Shown: positions 60,703 to 64,000 of the stretch, one piece after another | Position numbering within the stretch: the first letter of the stretch is position 1 | Layout: every line of letters begins with the position of its first letter | Origin: the human T2T-CHM13v2.0 reference genome, Homo sapiens | Length of the DNA: 64,000 nucleotides | Assembly (NCBI RefSeq): GCF_009914755.1 | Contig: NC_060929.1 | Direction: 5' to 3' (one strand) | Program-made: the position numbers and the translations under genes | The notes under the pieces: model-generated | Databases searched by the model: none | Told to the model about the DNA's origin: nothing | Seen by the model: the letters and a program-made list of their open reading frames with translations, nothing else

Positions 60703-62952
60703 TAAAACCAGTCTTTTCAAAGAGTTAGCTTTGGATTGAGTGTAATACAGGAGACTCTACTAAGGTGCTAGCAGAGGAGAAGCAGATGTATCAATGAGGG
60801 GGCACATCAGAAAGAATGTCTGATCTTTATTGGGTAGTACTGAGAACAGGTCTGAAACCTAGGATTACAGCACTGGCTATTGGAAAAACAAAATGAAGAA
60901 ACTTGGAAAGTGTGTGAAAATAAACACAATAGTTTTGGGAAGTATTTTTTGTGGGGAATATGAACGCAGATTTTATGTGTAGCTATCATTTGGAGGACTG
61001 GATGTAAAAGAAAAGAAGCCCTACAGAATCCTGAGATAATATCGCAGCATTTAGCATTGTTGACCAGACTCCTTAAAGTGTTCATTTATACAAAAACAAA
61101 ACTCTGTGGGAAAAAAAGCAAGTTTAAACTATGAAGCCAAGTAGAAAATGGGTTGTGAAAAGAGACACTAAGGGTAACAACAATAATTCAATGTCAAATT
61201 GGGTAATGACATTATTGACTTTTGTCTCCTTACCCACCTTTGTAACTAAACCATGAGAGTCTACTGTCTTGGGATCAAACAGACACACACACACACACAA
61301 CAGATATTTACATTAATTTTAGGGTCTCTTTCACTAATAAAATGTAACTAAAACATATCTGCCCATAAGCTTTTTTTTTTTCCCGATACACTCAAGTTTG
61401 TTATACTACTTCTTTAAGATTAAATAGCAACCTGTGCATATCTCTTACATAACATTTGCCTGTATTGTAACTCTGGGTTGATACTCTGTGGGCCACGATA
61501 GATGATAAACTTCTTGATAAATGGATAAATTATTTAATTCTTAAGTAAAAATTGAAGCAATTTGTAAGTATACAATGCTTTGTAAGGATAAACTTCGTAT
61601 TCTTACAAAATGCTTCATAATTTTTTTAAAGAAATGGACAGAGCTAGAGTTGTAACAGCTTTTGATTCTTTAACCTTATTTTTGAATGTTGCAAGGTTTT
61701 TATAATTATAAAATAAAACTTATTCTGACTTGTTTTGCAGCTGAACATGCATTAATTATTCTTTGTGCTTAATTGGAATGAAATGGTTATGGGCTCTTAA
61801 AATGATTCTAGAGTAATATTTTTTAAACAAGCTAACATTTATACTATTTTTTTTCAAAAAGATTTATGACAATATTTTAAGCTAGTATTTATCAATTTTT
61901 TCTTTGACAGAAGTTTTTAACACTTAACACCATCTGTAATTATTTGCAATTATAATGAATGTCATGTTATAGCATCTTCGTTAGAAAATATGGTTGTTAA
62001 CAAATAATCACAGTTAAAATTCAAATTCATAAACCTGAAGCTTGTTAGTTCATCTGTGTTTACAGTTATTTTAGTCAGCTTTATTTGGGACCTTAGATTA
62101 TTATTCCTAAATTATGCAAAACAGGGTTTTTGGGTGATTGTTTGAATTGTGGATTTCTGAATGCAAGGTTTTGAAATGTAGCAATATTTTCATAGTAACA
62201 TTTAATTCTCTTCTCAAACTTTTACACAGTTCAGAAACTGAAAAAATAGTCTATCTTTTATGAAAATGTAAATATATCCTTTATCTTACACCTATACGAA
62301 TTTATGAGTCTCTTCTAGAATAAAATATAATAAAATTCCTGAAAATTTTATTTGGATCAATTGATATAAAAGCAGAAGACTTGTTAAGAAATTTCCATGT
62401 CTTTCTGATTTACTAACTTGTACTTTAAATCGTTCAAATCAATGAAATTTACAACAATAGACCAAGCCTCATAATATTTTTACTTATTCTTAAAAGCATT
62501 TAAAAATCATAGTTTCTCTTGTAATCTCTAAAACATATTTGTCCTGTTTTGTGTGTGTGTGTGTCTATGTGTGTGTGCATGGTACACACTTATCCACATG
62601 CTCACTTGTTTTTTTTAGCACACTATTCCTTACATCACAGATCTTTGTCCTTGACCATTTTCCTTCTTCCTTGGCATCTTTTAGATATTGTTCTAATGGG
62701 CGTCATTTAATAGTAAATTACCAGCATTTGCAAATGTCTTTTTTCCCCTTCTCTCTTGAAAGACATTTTTTAAGCTGTCATTTCTACCAGGTTAAGAACA
62801 ATTAAGGGCTTTTTGGCAGGTTAAGAGCCATTAAGAACTTCTCTTAGTCTTTAATATTGAAATATTTCACTACTATATGTTTAGGTATGGATTATATTAT
62901 GTTTTTAAATCATGGTTGGTATATGTTGGGTTTCCTGAATCAAAGGTTCATT

Positions 62953-64000
62953 TCTTTTTTTTTTTTTAATTACAAGTACAGGTTTGTAAATAGGTATACA
63001 TGTGCGATGGTGGTTTGCTGTACCCATAAACCTGTCACCTACATTAAATATTTCTCCTAATGCTCTCCCTCCCCTTTTCTCCCACCCCCGAACAGGCCCC
63101 AGTGTGTGATGTTCCCCTCCCTGGGCCCATATGTTCTCATTGTTGAACACCCACTTATGAGTGAGAAGATGTGGTATTTGGTTTTCTGTTACTGTGTTAG
63201 TTTGCTGAGAATGATGGTTTCCAGCTTCATCCCTTTGTAGGGACATGAACTCATTCCTTTTATGGCTGCACAGTATTCCATGGTGTATATGTGGAACAAG
63301 TTCCACGTCTTTTTTTTCCAGTCTAACATTGATGGGCATGTGGGTTGGTTCCAAGTCTTTGCTATTGTTAATAGTGCTGCAGTAAACATAAGTGTGCTTG
63401 AGTCTTTATAGTAGAATGATGTACAATCCTTTGGGTATATACTCAGTAATGGGATTGCTGGGTCAAATGGTATTTCTAGTTCTAGTTGCTTGAGGAATCG
63501 CCACATTGTCTTCCACAATGGTTGAACTAATTTACACTCCTTCCGACAGTGTAAAAGCATTATTATTTCTTCACTTCCTCTCCAGCATCTGTTGATTCCT
63601 GACTTTTTAATTATCGCCATTCTAGCTGTCATGAGATGGTATCTCATTGTGGTTTTGACTTGCGTTTCTCTAATGACCAGCGATCATGAGCTTTTTTCAT
63701 ATGTTTTTTGGCCACATAAATGTCTTCTTTTGAAAAGTGTCTGTTCATATACTTCACCCACTTTTTGTTGGGGGTTGTTTTATTTTTATTTTTTTTCTTG
63801 TAAATTTATTTAAGTTCCTCGTAGATTCTGGATATTAGCCCTTTGTCAAATGGATATATTGCAAAAATTTGTCCCATACTGTAGTTGCCTGTTCACTCTG
63901 ATGGTAGTTTCTTTTCTGTGCAGAAGCTCTTTAGTTTAATTAGATCTCATTTGTCAATTTTGGCTTTTGTTGCCATTGCTTTTTATGTTTTAGTCATGAA
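62953..64000 (-). mobile_element. L1PA7/8-like 3' end, running off the window
   Basis: T-tract, 3' UTR and frameshifted ORF2 C-terminus (MRYHLMTARMAIIKKSG...). Confidence 0.9.

Noticed and set aside
63289-63308. Small palindrome gtggaac-aa-gttccac in the L1PA
   Set aside because: The stem is only 7 bp; probably a minor template-switch scar with no support for function.

Overview
This is AT-rich, CpG-depleted primate genomic DNA. It is almost certainly human, because it carries a near-perfect AluYb8, a human-specific subfamily. I can support no cellular protein-coding gene, RNA gene or CRISPR array; the window reads as a gene-desert or deep-intron stretch, roughly half of it recognisable transposon debris: L1 of many ages, Alu, THE1/MST/MLT MaLR LTR elements, ERV1 solo LTRs, HSMAR2 mariner, MER47A, MER20 and MIR. 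The only long ORF (14238-16514, minus strand) is a chimera of 40 codons of THE1 internal sequence fused in frame to an endonuclease-less L1PA ORF2 with an intact RT core. It lies downstream of the THE1 5' LTR inside a three-level nest (AluJ > THE1 > L1PA). Other notable structures are a 44-bp-stem hairpin made by local inverted duplication in an old L1, a short L1 3' transduction tag, two twin-primed L1s, a scrambled L1, a 100-bp locally templated copy and an LTR minisatellite. Subfamily names come from recall of consensus sequences, not from a RepeatMasker run, and boundaries of old repeats are approximate. I found no evidence of a new multi-gene biological system.
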